64,000 nt of DNA from Vezdaea acicularis (lineage: Eukaryota). A model generated the notes under the pieces. It saw only the letters and a list, made by a program, of their open reading frames with translations, was not told the origin of the DNA and searched no databases. The DNA lies in contig JAPEUI010000043.1 in NCBI GenBank assembly GCA_026025075.1, positions 1 through 64,000 on the forward strand, written 5' to 3'. The translations under genes and the position numbers were made by a program. Positions 45,771 to 58,515 of this stretch are shown here, one piece after another; the first letter of the stretch is position 1; each line of letters starts with the position of its first letter.

Positions 45771-48428
45771 ATCCCAAAATGGACAAGCACACTAGAGTAG
45801 ATCTCGACGTGTGCTCGGTGGAATGTTGGCAACGGTCATTTCCATCTATTCTTTGTGAATACTGCCATTCACTTTTAACGACCCTTTATGACTCAATATA
45901 GCTATAGTTTAGCATTTCGAATCGCTTCAAAGCCTGCCCGGGTCTCCTACCTCGGACCCACCGTACTGTTCAAATTTACAACGGCTTTTACCATTCATCA
46001 GGCTGAGATGGCAGCGGATTGGATTCCTGAAATCTCACGCCACACAGGATACTCAGCTGGCCCAGCGCTGGTCTCGATCATCCTTTTCGCAGTGTTGCCT
46101 CTCATTTGACCCTCTCTATAAATTGCTTCGAAGAAGGGAACCATCTGGCTGGATAGGCTTCTGCTGCACTTTTGCATCTTTTCTTTTTTCCTGCACTACA
46201 GCTTCCCTCTGGCATCACCATGCCATGATGGCTTGGCTCGATGCTTCGATTCTTCATGACAGACGGCCAAAGAGTGAGACTACTATTAGGTGGTATTTGT
46301 GGGATGTGATGGACGTGGGATGCAGGTGATGGGAGCTATGGGATGATGATGCACGTTGGTGGAAACAAGCGCTCTTTCTGTGAACTCTTAACGGCGCCTG
46401 GTTTAGTTCGGACGGTCCTCGCAGGATCCTTGCCTACAGTGCACCGAAATAGCTTAGGTAGATTCACTATTAATTGAAGTGCCCCACCGCTATGCTTGTG
46501 GAGCCAAAGTATACCTGTGAAAGAAAGTCTTGACCGTATTAATAGTCTACGAGATGCACGCTATCAATATGAGGGACCACGTAGGTTGGTAGATAGTCCA
46601 CTGGCTCAATTGCAATGCGCCGCATGGCGTAGGATATGATGTACGAGGTCGATATCTACATACTTCACAAAAACCCTCTCAACGGCGGATGACGTTGCCT
46701 TGAGTTGTACCGATGTGCAACCCAAAGAGTGGCCTGGTGAATTCATACTGTTGTTTCGACATCAGGTACTCAACTAGGAGCTAAAGCCCTTGTGCCTGTC
46801 TTACGACATGGACTAACAACCCTTACGGCCCCCAATGAAGACGCAGATTACGCTGATTTGGAATCACTGAGTTGCCTTGGGGGGCATAAGCTGGCTTGCT
46901 CCGAGAAGAAGACGTTTTCTGCGCGGTGGGTCACCTCATCTACTTGTTGGGATATGCTCACCGTTATTCTGATATAAGAGATTATGAATATAGAATGCGA
47001 GCTTGGCCACATCGAGCATTATTTCGTCCCGAGGAGTGAGAGCTTGCAAGGTTCCTGAGCTTGGAATTGATCCACACCTGCGTATATGATCACACATACC
47101 AAGGGTATATTCCGGGTAGTTCCTGAATCGACAGCTTGGGAGCTTACGCCACTGGTCTTGAAGTGGTGCGTGCCGTGCGGCGGGTAGAGACGGAGATTTT
47201 CCACGGTGGAGTGGATCTGAGACAAGCATTTCCCACGTGCAAATCGTGCCTTGGTGCAGTCATGCAGGCAGGTGGCCAACATGCAACGTTTCCCAATATC
47301 ACATTGCTGCAAACGCCACCACAGGTACCCTCTTCTCGGACAATACGTGATGAATCCGATACGACGCTGGAACCCCCATCCCTCGCTTTGCCATGGGCCT
47401 ATTTCGGTACCGACTGGGATATTCGCGGATATGGCAGTCCCAACAAGACGCGAAGGAACAGCCGAATGGTCGAATCAGATCGGCCGATTGCTACGTCCGG
47501 CTCTGATCACAAAACCCTAAACCGATGATGGTCCATTAGGCCAATCGCCTCTGTGTTCCAGAAGCACACTGACAGACTCAAGAGATCGCATCACTCGGTA
47601 GCATCGGCTTCTACGCCACGCTATTGCAATCGTCGATATGGCGCTGCAGCCCAGAAGCCAACCGCACTGGGATGCAAGCCATCCTGTCAACGGCCCGACC
47701 GCCCTTGCGCATTATTGGAGGACTCCCTCTGCCCTGTGTGCAAGAGCTACCGCTCAGCTGTGTTAGAGAGGCAAGAATCTCCATGGTGGGGCAAGGGTCT
47801 GTCATCACGCAGTCGCTCTTTGGACACTCCGTTCGTTTTAAATGACGATGAGACCGTTGTCATTCGGCTATCAACGAGAGGACTCATTGATACCGAGCAT
47901 AACAGAGAGAATTTTGCGCAATCCAATCTTAGTATCCTTTCATAGTGTGGCTGTTCTTTGCACCGCAATAAGCTTTTCCTTCTAGCTACTTCCTGGTGGC
48001 CCGTGTGCGCTGAACAACCTCGCCTTACGATCCGCTTTCTCCTGTGGCCAATTCGCTGCAACAACATCAAGAAGTCCGCAGGCTATAAGCCCCAGAGTGA
48101 TGTTGAAGTGGCTTCGACTCTGCCTATAATAGACATAGTTGTTCATGCCATTACTGACAAGCTCCATGCTTGAATCGAGTCCCAGACGCTCACAGTTGGT
48201 CCTCGGCCTGGTACTGGTTCTCCGCCTATAGCGGATCAAATCACGCAATTGAGAATTGCAGCATCACACACAACTTCAGGCCGCCATTTTTTGGGCTTTG
48301 TATAATTACATACATTATCTGGTATTTGAAATCCCTCAGACCCAGACCGTGATACTTTGGATAGGCCGTCTATCAATCCCAAAACACCACTGTATCGGAC
48401 GAGGCCGAACGTGTCCTGTCAACCCTTG

Positions 48429-51301
48429 ATGGCCAATGGGGAAAATCCCGGGGACCGCCCAGATACAGTTCATCTACCCAGTTCGGAAGACCCTAGTGCA
48501 GAATCCAGTGCTGCCCACAGTCAATCTACCAGCCGGCCCACAAGTGCTCATGGCGAAGAGCGATCGAGGGAGAAACACCGCGTGAGGTTTACAAGTGGCA
48601 CATATGGCGAAGATGAACCTAAGTCGAGGCAAAGGTCTCGACCGTCATTCTTCCTGGGAGACGATCAACCGTTAGACCAGGATAACGGCTCTCTGTCCCC
48701 CCCTCTAAAGCGAGTCAGCCCGGCTCATTCCAGACCCAGCAGCGTAGCTCCTGTTGTCCGAAAAGCAGCTCAATCCCCACCGATGGGAACATTGACAGAG
48801 AAAGAGTCGCCACCCCAGGTCCTAAAACCGCGGCCACTTCTACGGAGGAACAACTCTACAGATCCGAGCTTTTCTGAGCCTGCGGAAATTGAAGAGAAGG
48901 ACGTAGGGAAGTTCCGTGCAACAATGATGGCTTCACAGAAGGCTTTGAAGGAGGGACAAAGAGTCTCCAGGGCCGTGGGAACAACCTCGGCTCCTGCGTC
49001 TGTTAGGAATACACCGACTATGCTGGCCGTACCTGATTCTCCTCCCCCTGGTGCACCAGATGGAATGAGCGTTCGAACAGAAGATATTCCGATGGTAGAT
49101 ATGGATGGCAGCAGAGATAGAAGAGAATACGATAGTGACAGCGACACAGGCTCTCCAGAGCCATCCCGTCTGGAAAAGATAAGGTCGAAGGGCTTACAAA
49201 GCTTACGAAGATCCAACTCACCACATCGGTCAAATCGCAAAAAGAATCCAAGCTCAATAGAGGCCAATCGGCTTGTACAAATGTATACACAGAGGGATTC
49301 GAACCATACAGACTATGATACTGGCGGACTTCGCTCTGGTCACGTAACTCCGGAGTTTGAGCGCCGACAAAACTGGGTTGCGCCACCCCAGGAATATCGT
49401 GGAGGCATACTAGCAGCTCTCTTGAAGCTGCGTTCAAATGAGGGTGCCTCTCCAGAACGAACCTCATTCTTGGGCGCTCACCAGCGCAGCGATAGCATGG
49501 GTGAGTTTGGCACCCAGGGGGGAAGCCCAGGTACACCTGGATCATCTGGCTTTGATACTCCAAGGACTAGGGAGAAATGGTACAATCAGAAGAAGGGAAT
49601 CTCGTCATCTAGCCGAGTTGCGTCTTCTAGCTCACTGGCTGGGCTGCTCATCAACTCCTCTTCTATGCTCGCTACTCCCGCCGTAGGCCATGGCGTTCAA
49701 GCAGATCATGATAAGCGGCCGTCCTTAGCGAAACACAAACGACATAGCGCGATTGGTTCAGCTCTCAGTCGCATCTCTCGTCCGCGTTTAGAGGACGAGA
49801 TCCGCATCACAGTTCATATTGCGGAGACTCTTGCCCGCCAGAGGTACCTGGTGAAGCTCTGCCGAGCGCTTATGCAATATGGAGCGCCCACTCATCGGCT
49901 TGAGGAGTACATGAAGATGTCTGCTCGTGTACTGGAGATCGACGGTCAGTTCTTGTATATACCAGGGTGCATGATCATATCTTTCGACGACTCCACAACG
50001 CACACCACCGAAGTCAAGCTCATCCGGGCGGCCCAAGGCGTTGACCTCGGAAAGCTGTACGATACGCATAGGATCTATAAGGAAGTTGTACATGATATGA
50101 TTGGAGTTGAAGAGGCTACGCAGAGGCTCCAGGCTGTCATAGATGCCAAGCCAAAGTATCCAGCTTGGCAGCTAGTGTTTGTATACGGGCTTGCGAGTGC
50201 TACCGTAGGGCCATTTGCTTTTGGAGCCAGGTTGATCGACTTACCTATTGCTTTCATTCTTGGCTGTTTACTCGGTGTATTGCAGCTCATTGCAGCGCCC
50301 AGGTCAGAATTATATGTGAGTACCAATCTCTCCTATTTAATGAGCTCCTAAATTGTCATTTCAAACATTGGAAGGAAGCTTACACCAACCTTAGGCTAAT
50401 GTTCTTGAAATATCTGCCGCGGTATTCACGTCCTTCCTAGCTCGTGCTTTTGGCTCGATCAAAAACGGAGAATTATTCTGCTTCTCAGCGCTGGCGCAAA
50501 GTTCCATTGCACTCATCCTTCCAGGCTATACCGTCCGTGAGTCTTCCCCGTCCTCCACCCCTTTCTCCATCATCTCCTTCAAGAGTTGTTTACTGACACT
50601 CTTTAGTCTGCGGCTCGCTCGAGCTACAATCAAAGTCCATCGTCGCCGGCTCCGTCCGCATGGTCTACGCAGTGATCTACTCGCTCTTCATCGGCTTCGG
50701 CATCACGATCGGAACCGCCTTCTACGGGCTCGCCGACCGCAACGCCACCTCCGCCACCACCTGCTCCTCCCAAATGCCCAAATACGTTCCCTTCGCCTTC
50801 GTCCCCGCCTTCACCCTCTGCCTCATCGTCATCAACCAAGCAAAATGGAAACAGGCCCCCGTCATGCTCGTCATCGCCTTTGCCGGGTACCTCGTCAATT
50901 TCTTCTCGGCCTCCAAGTTTCCGCAGAATGCGCAGATCAGTAATACACTTGGCGCCTTCGCGGTGGGCATTTTGGGTAACGTGTATAGTCGCGTTGGACA
51001 CGGTCTTGCGGCTGCGGCCCTCCTGCCCGCTATCTTCGTACAGGTCCCGAGTGGCTTGTCGGCCAGTGGCTCGCTGGTCAGTGGCATTGCGAGCGCGGAT
51101 CGTATCACGGGAAACTCGTCGACGGGGGGAGCGACGACCGTGCAGAATGTGACGACTGCGGGCTCGCAGTTGGATGGTATCGTGTTCAATGTCGGGTACT
51201 CGATGATTCAGGTCGCGATTGGGATTACCGTCGGACTCTTCCTTAGCGCACTTGTGGTCTATCCGATGGGGAAGAAGAGGAGTGCGTTGTTTAGTTTTTA
51301 G
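48429..51301 (+). CDS. PRM10: Prm10 / DUF1212 (ThrE-like) multi-pass membrane protein; 3 exons
   Basis: ITVHIAETLARQRYLVKLCRALMQYGAPTHRLEEY, spliced FCFSALAQSSIALILPGYTVLCGSLELQSKSIVAGSVRM, and C-terminal MIQVAIGITVGLF...GKKRSALFSF. Confidence 0.9.
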
Positions 51302-51986
51302 ATGGTTTATGGGTAATTGGGATGCTGGAAATTTTAAGGGGGAGGCGGAAGGGGGGAAGTAACTGGATTGTTGATAGTAACGCCCCTCAGCATCATAAGA
51401 GTTGGACATGGCTTGTCTACAGAACTGCGTTTTATTTTTACTGGAAGGGATCGCATGGGTTCGTGTTCATAGTCTGGACGCAAAAGGCATTGGAAGGCTA
51501 ATGTCTATTTGGAGGTTGGATGGTTGGGTTAGCCAGCGTTTGCGTTGCATTTGCATTGTATTATCCACACAGTCTAGTGTTTCGAGAGAAGACTTTAAGG
51601 GGCAGAGTCATGCCTTGTGTTGTAAATCCTTGCTTTTCTTACGATTCTTGAAGCTGTGATGGGGAGTGAGTGCGTTTTTCGTACATGTGATAAGTACTTA
51701 TGGCTGTTGCTCCTGAGGTTGGTTCGTTGGGTCAGTGTTGGTTTGTGTGGTTTCCAATGGTTTGCTGATAGTTTTGGAAAGCCTTCTTCGGAGAGGTCTC
51801 GAAAGGTTATCTTTGCAGTCACTCAAAAATATTCCTATTGGAGGGCAGGCATTCCATTCGTTGCATGCAGTGATGAGGCTCTATTGCTCCCAGGTATGAG
51901 TCTAAAAGAAGCAGATGCCCTCTAACCCGGACAAACACGAAGGCCACATCGGGACCTAACTCCGTTCGCTCATTCTATACATCCAA

Positions 51987-52542
51987 TCACTTCTTCTCCT
52001 TCTTCCCCTCCGCATCCTTGTCCTTCTTCTTCCCAAACTTGGGCTGGCCGATGCCCTCGCCCCTTAGCTTAACATTAAGAACCTTCTCCATCGATCCGAG
52101 GACCTTCTGATCCGGCGCTGCGGATCCCCGTTCCATTTCAGCAACGATGGCCTGTGTCGTGTTGCACTTCGTGGCTAGCTCCTTTTGCGTGAGGGCCTTG
52201 GGCTGGAAGGCATTTCGGGCGTCGCTGATTGCCTGCCCGACTTCCTTTCCGACGGTCTTTGGCTTTACGATGTCGTCTGAGCGGTCGACTTTAGTCAAAA
52301 GTTGTCCTTCTGGTGCTGAGCCCTGTTCGAGTTTGGGTGTTAGTGGCTGGTCGGTGATCGTGAGTTGTGTGAGAGGATGTTACCTTGTTCGCTGAGCCAT
52401 ATTTCTTCTCGGTACCGATGACGTTGCCCTGACGCTGTGCGGCGTTGAGGGCGGATTTACCCCGTACAACGGTTTCTCGGGTTCCAGTGCCACCGCGGGT
52501 CTTAGAACCGATCTTGGTCACTGTGTCCCAGTCGTCAGACAT
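51987..52542 (-). CDS. MBF1: Multiprotein bridging factor 1; intron 52384-52323
   Basis: [12 protein letters not shown]...[10 protein letters not shown]...[22 protein letters not shown], and the HTH segment [10 protein letters not shown]...[11 protein letters not shown]. Confidence 0.95.
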
Positions 52543-53260
52543 GATGGGCGTGATTTCTATGTTACTTTTGGAGCGTAGAGGATGGCGTGGGAGAGAGTCG
52601 TTGATAGAGGATTAAGAATATAGAATTTGGAGAGGATGTGTCGAGTAATGCAGAAGCACGGAGGAAGTCTACCTGTGCACTGGGATATATTGCGGTGTTG
52701 AGTGGTGTGGCTGAGTTTCGGTGGCAGGCTGTGGTGTCAAGATGAATCATGCCCGCTAATCTGCTTTAGGCGACATTCCAGAGCGTTCGACACACAAACT
52801 GATATGACATCCGCAAGATTGTGTGCAGGGAGTTTTGAGGAGCTGGGGATAAGGCTATCGTAGTACAAGATTTAGATTAAACCTAAGAAATAAATAAGTC
52901 GTAAAAAAGTGCACTTCGCTTTCCACGTGCTCGAGGATGCAGCTGGTCGCAAACGCATGCAACCCAAAAGGGCTTTGCGTAAGGCAACTGCGGCAGCACT
53001 TCAACATGATCACCCTGCATGTGCAGGCCTTTGTTCCTAGTAATGGATTGCTACAGCTCACAAGTTGAGACAATTCAGCTCAAAGCTGAAAGACATTGGT
53101 CACGTCAGCTCGTTCACAAGATTACCTTATCGGCTGCAACCGAACGAGGGGCAAATCATTCAAGAGTATCAATGGGCCCACAACACCATTCATTCACTCC
53201 GCCGCGACGCTTTAAGCTTCGTAGGTGCAATGAAACCTCTTCTCGAACACCATCCTCAAA

Positions 53261-54619
53261 ATGGTGTTGCTAGTCGATCTGGACGAAGATGAGAGCTCAT
53301 CATTAGATGCCAGAAACGACCATCTTGACGCACACGAGACCTTGAGATACCTCGGTGGGACAAGCTTGCATCTTCATCATGGCAAGGCTTTATCAATGCC
53401 TTCGGATTTGCCAATACGACCAAATCCCAATCTCAATTCCATGACTGCATCTTTCAGCTGCTATCCGTACCTATCCCCGGATTGCTGTTTTCAGATCCTA
53501 AAGTAGACGAAACTAATATATCTTCCCAGCGTCATCTCTCAGCTAGCAACTCATCTGTCACTCAACGACCTACATGCCCTCTCCCTTACCTGCCGCCAGA
53601 TCCACGCAGACATAAGCCCTTATCGACAGAATCTCAAGACGCTCACCTTGCGTTGTATCAACGACCCGCTCATCCCTTATTCAGAACCAGGAATAGACTT
53701 CCGCGTGTGGAATTCCTTCGGCAAAACCGGCTGGCCCCGCTCCCGGTACACCAAATATGCCCGCTGCGCTCGAGATCTAGTGGCAGGTTGCCGGCGTTGC
53801 GGTCTCGTGGTCTGTCGCAACTGTACATCAAAGCCACCGCCGGCGCCAGATCTACAAATACGCTACCGTAGGTTGTGTCGGACATGCCTCGCTGTGCCAC
53901 TCGAAGCACACACTCTGTCGTTCTTAGGTGACCCCCATTTGACCAATTGCTCCTCTCCAAGTACTCCTAACTCGTCTTCGTCGCCTTTACCTCTGCCTGT
54001 ATCCGTGCCTGAGACTCCAGCATTTACAAGCGCGGCTTTTGCTAGAACCCCTTGTAATTGCACTACGGACATGTATCTCTGCCAGCCTTGCGGACATTTT
54101 TTGCGCACTGCCGATACGATGTACTTACGCGTGTGGCGTTGGAGAACCCGCTATGCAAATCTGGGTGGGTTAGGCACGGGCATTGGCGAAGGTAACGAAG
54201 GCGTCAAATGCGGACTAGGGGCGCAATGTATCGCAGCAACAGAAGTCGAGGTCGAGGTCGATATCGACGACGCGGGGCCTCTTAATACACATACTTCATC
54301 GTCATCGAACTCTGCGTCATCAAGCAAGTCCAGCACGAGCTCAGACACGAGTATGAACGGTGCAGTTACTGATGACGAGGAAGAGACTGCTGTCAAGGGT
54401 CCAATATACGGCACGCATGAGATCGAGGGGATTGGCGGTGTGGTCAGAAGGAAGGCGATCAAGAAGGTCAGGATTGGGGCGTGTGTAGAGGAACTGGAGG
54501 ACGAGAGGGAAGGGAGGTGCGAGTATATGGCACGTGAGACGAGCGGAGAAGAAAGGAGTTGGTGTGCGTGGTGTTGGAGGATTGTTCCCAGGAATGGGGA
54601 GCTGGCCGATAGAGCATAA
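53261..54619 (+). CDS. Hypothetical protein with an F-box-like segment and Cys-rich clusters; intron 53467-53529
   Basis: Splicing gives CYPVISQLATHLSLNDLHALSLTCRQIH (F-box-like), followed by CARDLVAGCRRCGLVVCRNC, LCRTC, CNC, LCQPC and WCAWCWR. The start codon is uncertain. Confidence 0.7.
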
Positions 54620-54843
54620 AAGCGGAGCGGTTCACGGAGAGATAGGGAGGGCGATCGTGATTCTACTCTATGAAGCTCAACAGTAGAACAGCTACAAATG
54701 GCATACAGATCCCGATTGATATGCAGTCCCTGTGCATTGAGAACTTTTACCCCCAAACGCTCCGTTGAGTCCTAAAAACCCCACAGTGCGCCTCATCATA
54801 CTAGACCTCCCCTCAACTTCCGAAACTACGCCTTTGAATAACA

Positions 54844-57027
54844 TCAATGGCCCATCAACATTGGCATTTCGTTCATAATATCATCTCCGCCGTCGTCCTT
54901 CAGCCACGACATGATATCCGGCACCATACTTGGGACCTCATCTTCCGGCACATTCATCGTCTTGCTAAGCAGTTTCCTATAAAGAGCCTGTCTCTCATCT
55001 GCACCTGTCATGCTCATCCGCTGCACAGCGTCTTTGATCAATGCTCTCCTTTCCTGCTGCAGTTTCGCAAGGTAGCGCGCCGACTCAACTTTAGCCCACA
55101 ACTCCTTCTGGTCTGGTTGAAGAGACTGCTGTAACTGCGTCGGGCTGAGCTTGCTCTCTTCTAGGAGACAGCTCTTCGGCACTTCTTGGCATTGGACTTG
55201 TTCTAAGAGACTCTCGTTCTCAGCCACAAGCATTGAAACTTGATCCCGGTCGTTTCGATTAGCTGCTTCGTCATGCTCGACAGTAGCCAGGTCGTATACT
55301 GCGCGCACGGTTTCTTGTAGCTGATTGCTCAGTGCTCTGAAGCTCCTCTGGCCTTCTGCTAATGCTTCTTCTTTCTCTTTCAACTCATTAGCGCACGCTT
55401 CGTTGAAGCTTTCGGTCTTTTCTAAAATAAGTGGCACGATCGTCTGCGTCATAGAGAAGGCGGACTGGGATGCGCCATTTGATAAGGATAGTCCTTGAAC
55501 CGCGACTTCGTCTATTTCGTTACGCATTGGATGGTGAAAAGGTGAAGACGAAGGCCCTAAGAAGCGCTCTTTCGGACGTGCGCTTATTGTAGCTATAAGA
55601 TGCTCAGCAAGTTCGCCTCGATGATTGGGGATATTTGATGATGCATTGTGGCCAATCAGAGATCGCACGCATTTTTTGGAACCATTTCGAGCGGCAATAT
55701 GCAGAGCAGTATCTCCTTCCGAGTCTCGAGCATCGAGGACCCGGCTCAGTTCCTCGCTAGATACGCTTTCACTGAGCTTGTTGATAATCGTATCTAAGTA
55801 ATATCTTGCACTTAGATTCTTGTTCCGGCTACTCGTAGTAGCTGTAATATGATGGAAAACATTCGATCCACACGCATCAGCCATCTCAATAGTGTCTTTG
55901 AGTAGATTGATTAGCTTCGGCATAGTTTGTTTTTCAAAGTTGTTTGTGAACATCACAGCGCGAATGAGAGGAGTCTCGTGTCGATCAGACCTTGCAGCAG
56001 GGCTTGCTCCACGGTTAATCAGGTCCTTGCAAACATCAACATCTCCCATTGCTGCGGCCCAGTGTAAGGCTGTATATCCAAAATCATCAATCGGCTTATT
56101 CACAATGAAACTCTTGGGTGGATCTGGTAGAAGAAGATTTGGGTCGTCGGTTCCTCCCATCATAAAATAATCCAGAAGCTCGTCCGCGTACAGGCGATGT
56201 TCTTGGTCCGCAAAGGTATTCCTTGCCGCTTGATCAGCAATATCACGTTTCCTTTTTCGAGAACCTGTCGAGTGTTGTGACATCTGGAGATAGTCATCTT
56301 GATCCTCATAGGACGCAATCGTCGTGTTGTCTGGCGTATCATCGTCATTCAGCTGTGCGCTGATATTACTATACTGATCTTCGCTAATAAGACTTGGTGC
56401 TGGCACTGGTTCTGAACCGTGAGCCTCTCGATCGCGCAGTCCATGCTCGGAAAGATGACTCACTAGTTAATCTCCTTGGCGCATGGGCGACCTTGGGGAT
56501 TTTTGGCTTATTCGAAGCAGCTGTAGTGTGCTTCGGTGCTTGAGGTGGACTAACGTCCCCTGGGACAAAATCGAAAATTGGCAACAGCCTGTCAAGCACC
56601 CCATTTCGTTCAGCAAGCTCTCTGCCATCGCTCAGAGGTACCCAGGTCCCTGGAATCGCGCATTAGAAAGAAGTCAGGGGATGGAAAGCAAGGTATTTTG
56701 GCCTACCCTGATATTTGCCGTAGCCTCCTTGAACCTTCTCATGAACACCCTTTTGAACTTCTCTCTCTAGAATCCTCGTTCGTGCTGGCTTATCAAAGTC
56801 GGCAACTTTTAGGATATGGGTTGCGTTGATCCAATTGTCATGCCGCCGTCTCATTACATGGTTCCCGTTATGACTATATTCATACACCGGGACCTAAAGA
56901 ATATTAGAAGCAATACAAATGATTGTATCCCGGCGGATGGGTTGGACTCTAAGACCAAGAAAGCTCAACATACATTACTGTATGTAGCAGAGAATATCTG
57001 CCCTCCATTCTCGCCTTGGCGCATCAT
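54844..57027 (-). CDS. MBP1: APSES/KilA-N plus ankyrin-repeat G1/S transcription factor (Mbp1/Res2 type); 4 exons
   Basis: [13 protein letters not shown]...[55 protein letters not shown]; ankyrin repeats [12 protein letters not shown] and [13 protein letters not shown]-terminal coiled coil. Confidence 0.92.
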
Positions 57028-57399
57028 GAGTGGGGTTGCTATGCAACGTAAGGGCGAATCCGTCTTAGAGATTTGCGACTAAACGATTCACGAAAACTTG
57101 GATATCTGCTAAAGGTGCCAGCGTCGGGAGCGGTGCAGCATGCGAACTTGCAATGCAATTGTGGACTTTCTAAAGATCACTCGTCATGTGTCGACGCGCA
57201 TATTAGTGGAGACGCGTTCTCGCATGCGTAAAATACCAGATTAGCGCGCAGCGTGAATAAGTGAAAGTGTCGGATAATTGGCCAATCATCAGCCATCAAG
57301 CGATCGTAACTGCGTAGCGCATGGTAGAGCACGAAAAGCTTACAGTTTCGACTCTCAACTAGACATTTTTCTCAATCTGCTCTCGCCCAGTTATTGACA

Positions 57400-57826
57400 A
57401 TGACACTGGTAGATAAGGCGAAGGAAGCTGTGGGGTTGAGCAGCCCCCAAAGTAAGCTATCATTTTGTATTCGCTCGTGGACTTATCCCACTAATTTCTG
57501 TGCCCTTTCATAATGGCTAAGATACTAATTGAGCGACCTGATTGTAGATGCCTCTCGTGAGGCGATGTCCGAAGCTCGACTTCCATTAGCATATCGAGAC
57601 TCTTGCGCCCACCTTCTCATCCCACTCAATCGTTGTAGATATGAGGAATATTATCTACCATGGAAATGCGAGGTTGGTTGATGATACAAGTGACTTAGAA
57701 AACCAGCTTATTCTAGCCTAGAATGAACGTCACTCGTACGAGAAATGCCAATATGAGGAGTTTAAGAAGCGGGTAGCTAAGATGAATGAATTGAGGGAAG
57801 CCAATGGAGGCGCGAGGAGTAATTGA
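57400..57826 (+). CDS. NDUFB7: Complex I accessory subunit B18/NB8M (NDUFB7 family), 93 aa; 3 exons
   Basis: Absent from the ORF track. Exons 57400-57451, 57548-57672 and 57722-57826 give ASREAMSEARLPLAYRDSCAHLLIPLNRCRYEEYYLPWKCENERHSYEKCQYEEFKKRVAKM with a twin CX9C motif. Confidence 0.93.
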
Positions 57827-58515
57827 AGATTCTGTAGCCAACTATCCTTCCTCTGGTAGCGGACATATAGCCCTTTGTCAGACACTCTCTCCGTAAAGAA
57901 ACTATCTAAACATGCTCTATATATTGTCAGTTAGCAAGAAACTAGGCTCGCACTAGATTTTCTTCCCAATAAGTAGCGTATATTGAGTCTGTAGTGATCA
58001 GCCTCCTAAGATATGCTGCCTTTCTCCACCGAAAAAGGCCTTGAATTAAAAGAGTGGATGCAAGGACTAATCAGTACATCAGATCTAACATTCATAATCA
58101 TACTATTTTATTCCACCCACTTTTAAGGTAAAGCAAAATTTGAATCGCATTTTCGAAGAGGGGGGGGGGGAAGCACCATTTCGACTACCGACGATGATAG
58201 GTTCCCGCGCCGCTCCAAGCCGCCCTTCAAATGGTCTGAAACTCTTGCCGAAGCGCATGGTCACCCCTCCTCGGCTCCCCACCATGCATATTCTGATGAT
58301 CAGCAGCTCCACTTCAGCGACACCGGGCTCCCTTTCTAACGCGGGGACGGCAGCATAAGAGTAGGCTCATAGTGTTCAATTTTCTGTAACGCTAACTTCG
58401 CGGAACCTGCTTGGTGTATCTTGATGCTCCGCGGACGCTTCAATCGGTATAAAATCTGCAACAACCAGCTGGGCTAGCGAAGGGATTGTACTGAACGGCT
58501 AGAAGTGGTGCAGCC

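Noticed and set aside
46300..48350. Possible gene or ncRNA in the 2-kb gap before PRM10
   Set aside because: Only short ORFs without recognisable motifs; no tRNA, snRNA or rRNA signature could be identified by eye.
50630..51409. 259-aa antisense ORF over PRM10 (and similar antisense ORFs over DUG1, GSH1 and GGPP synthase)
   Set aside because: Codon-aligned shadow ORFs caused by high GC3 in the real gene.
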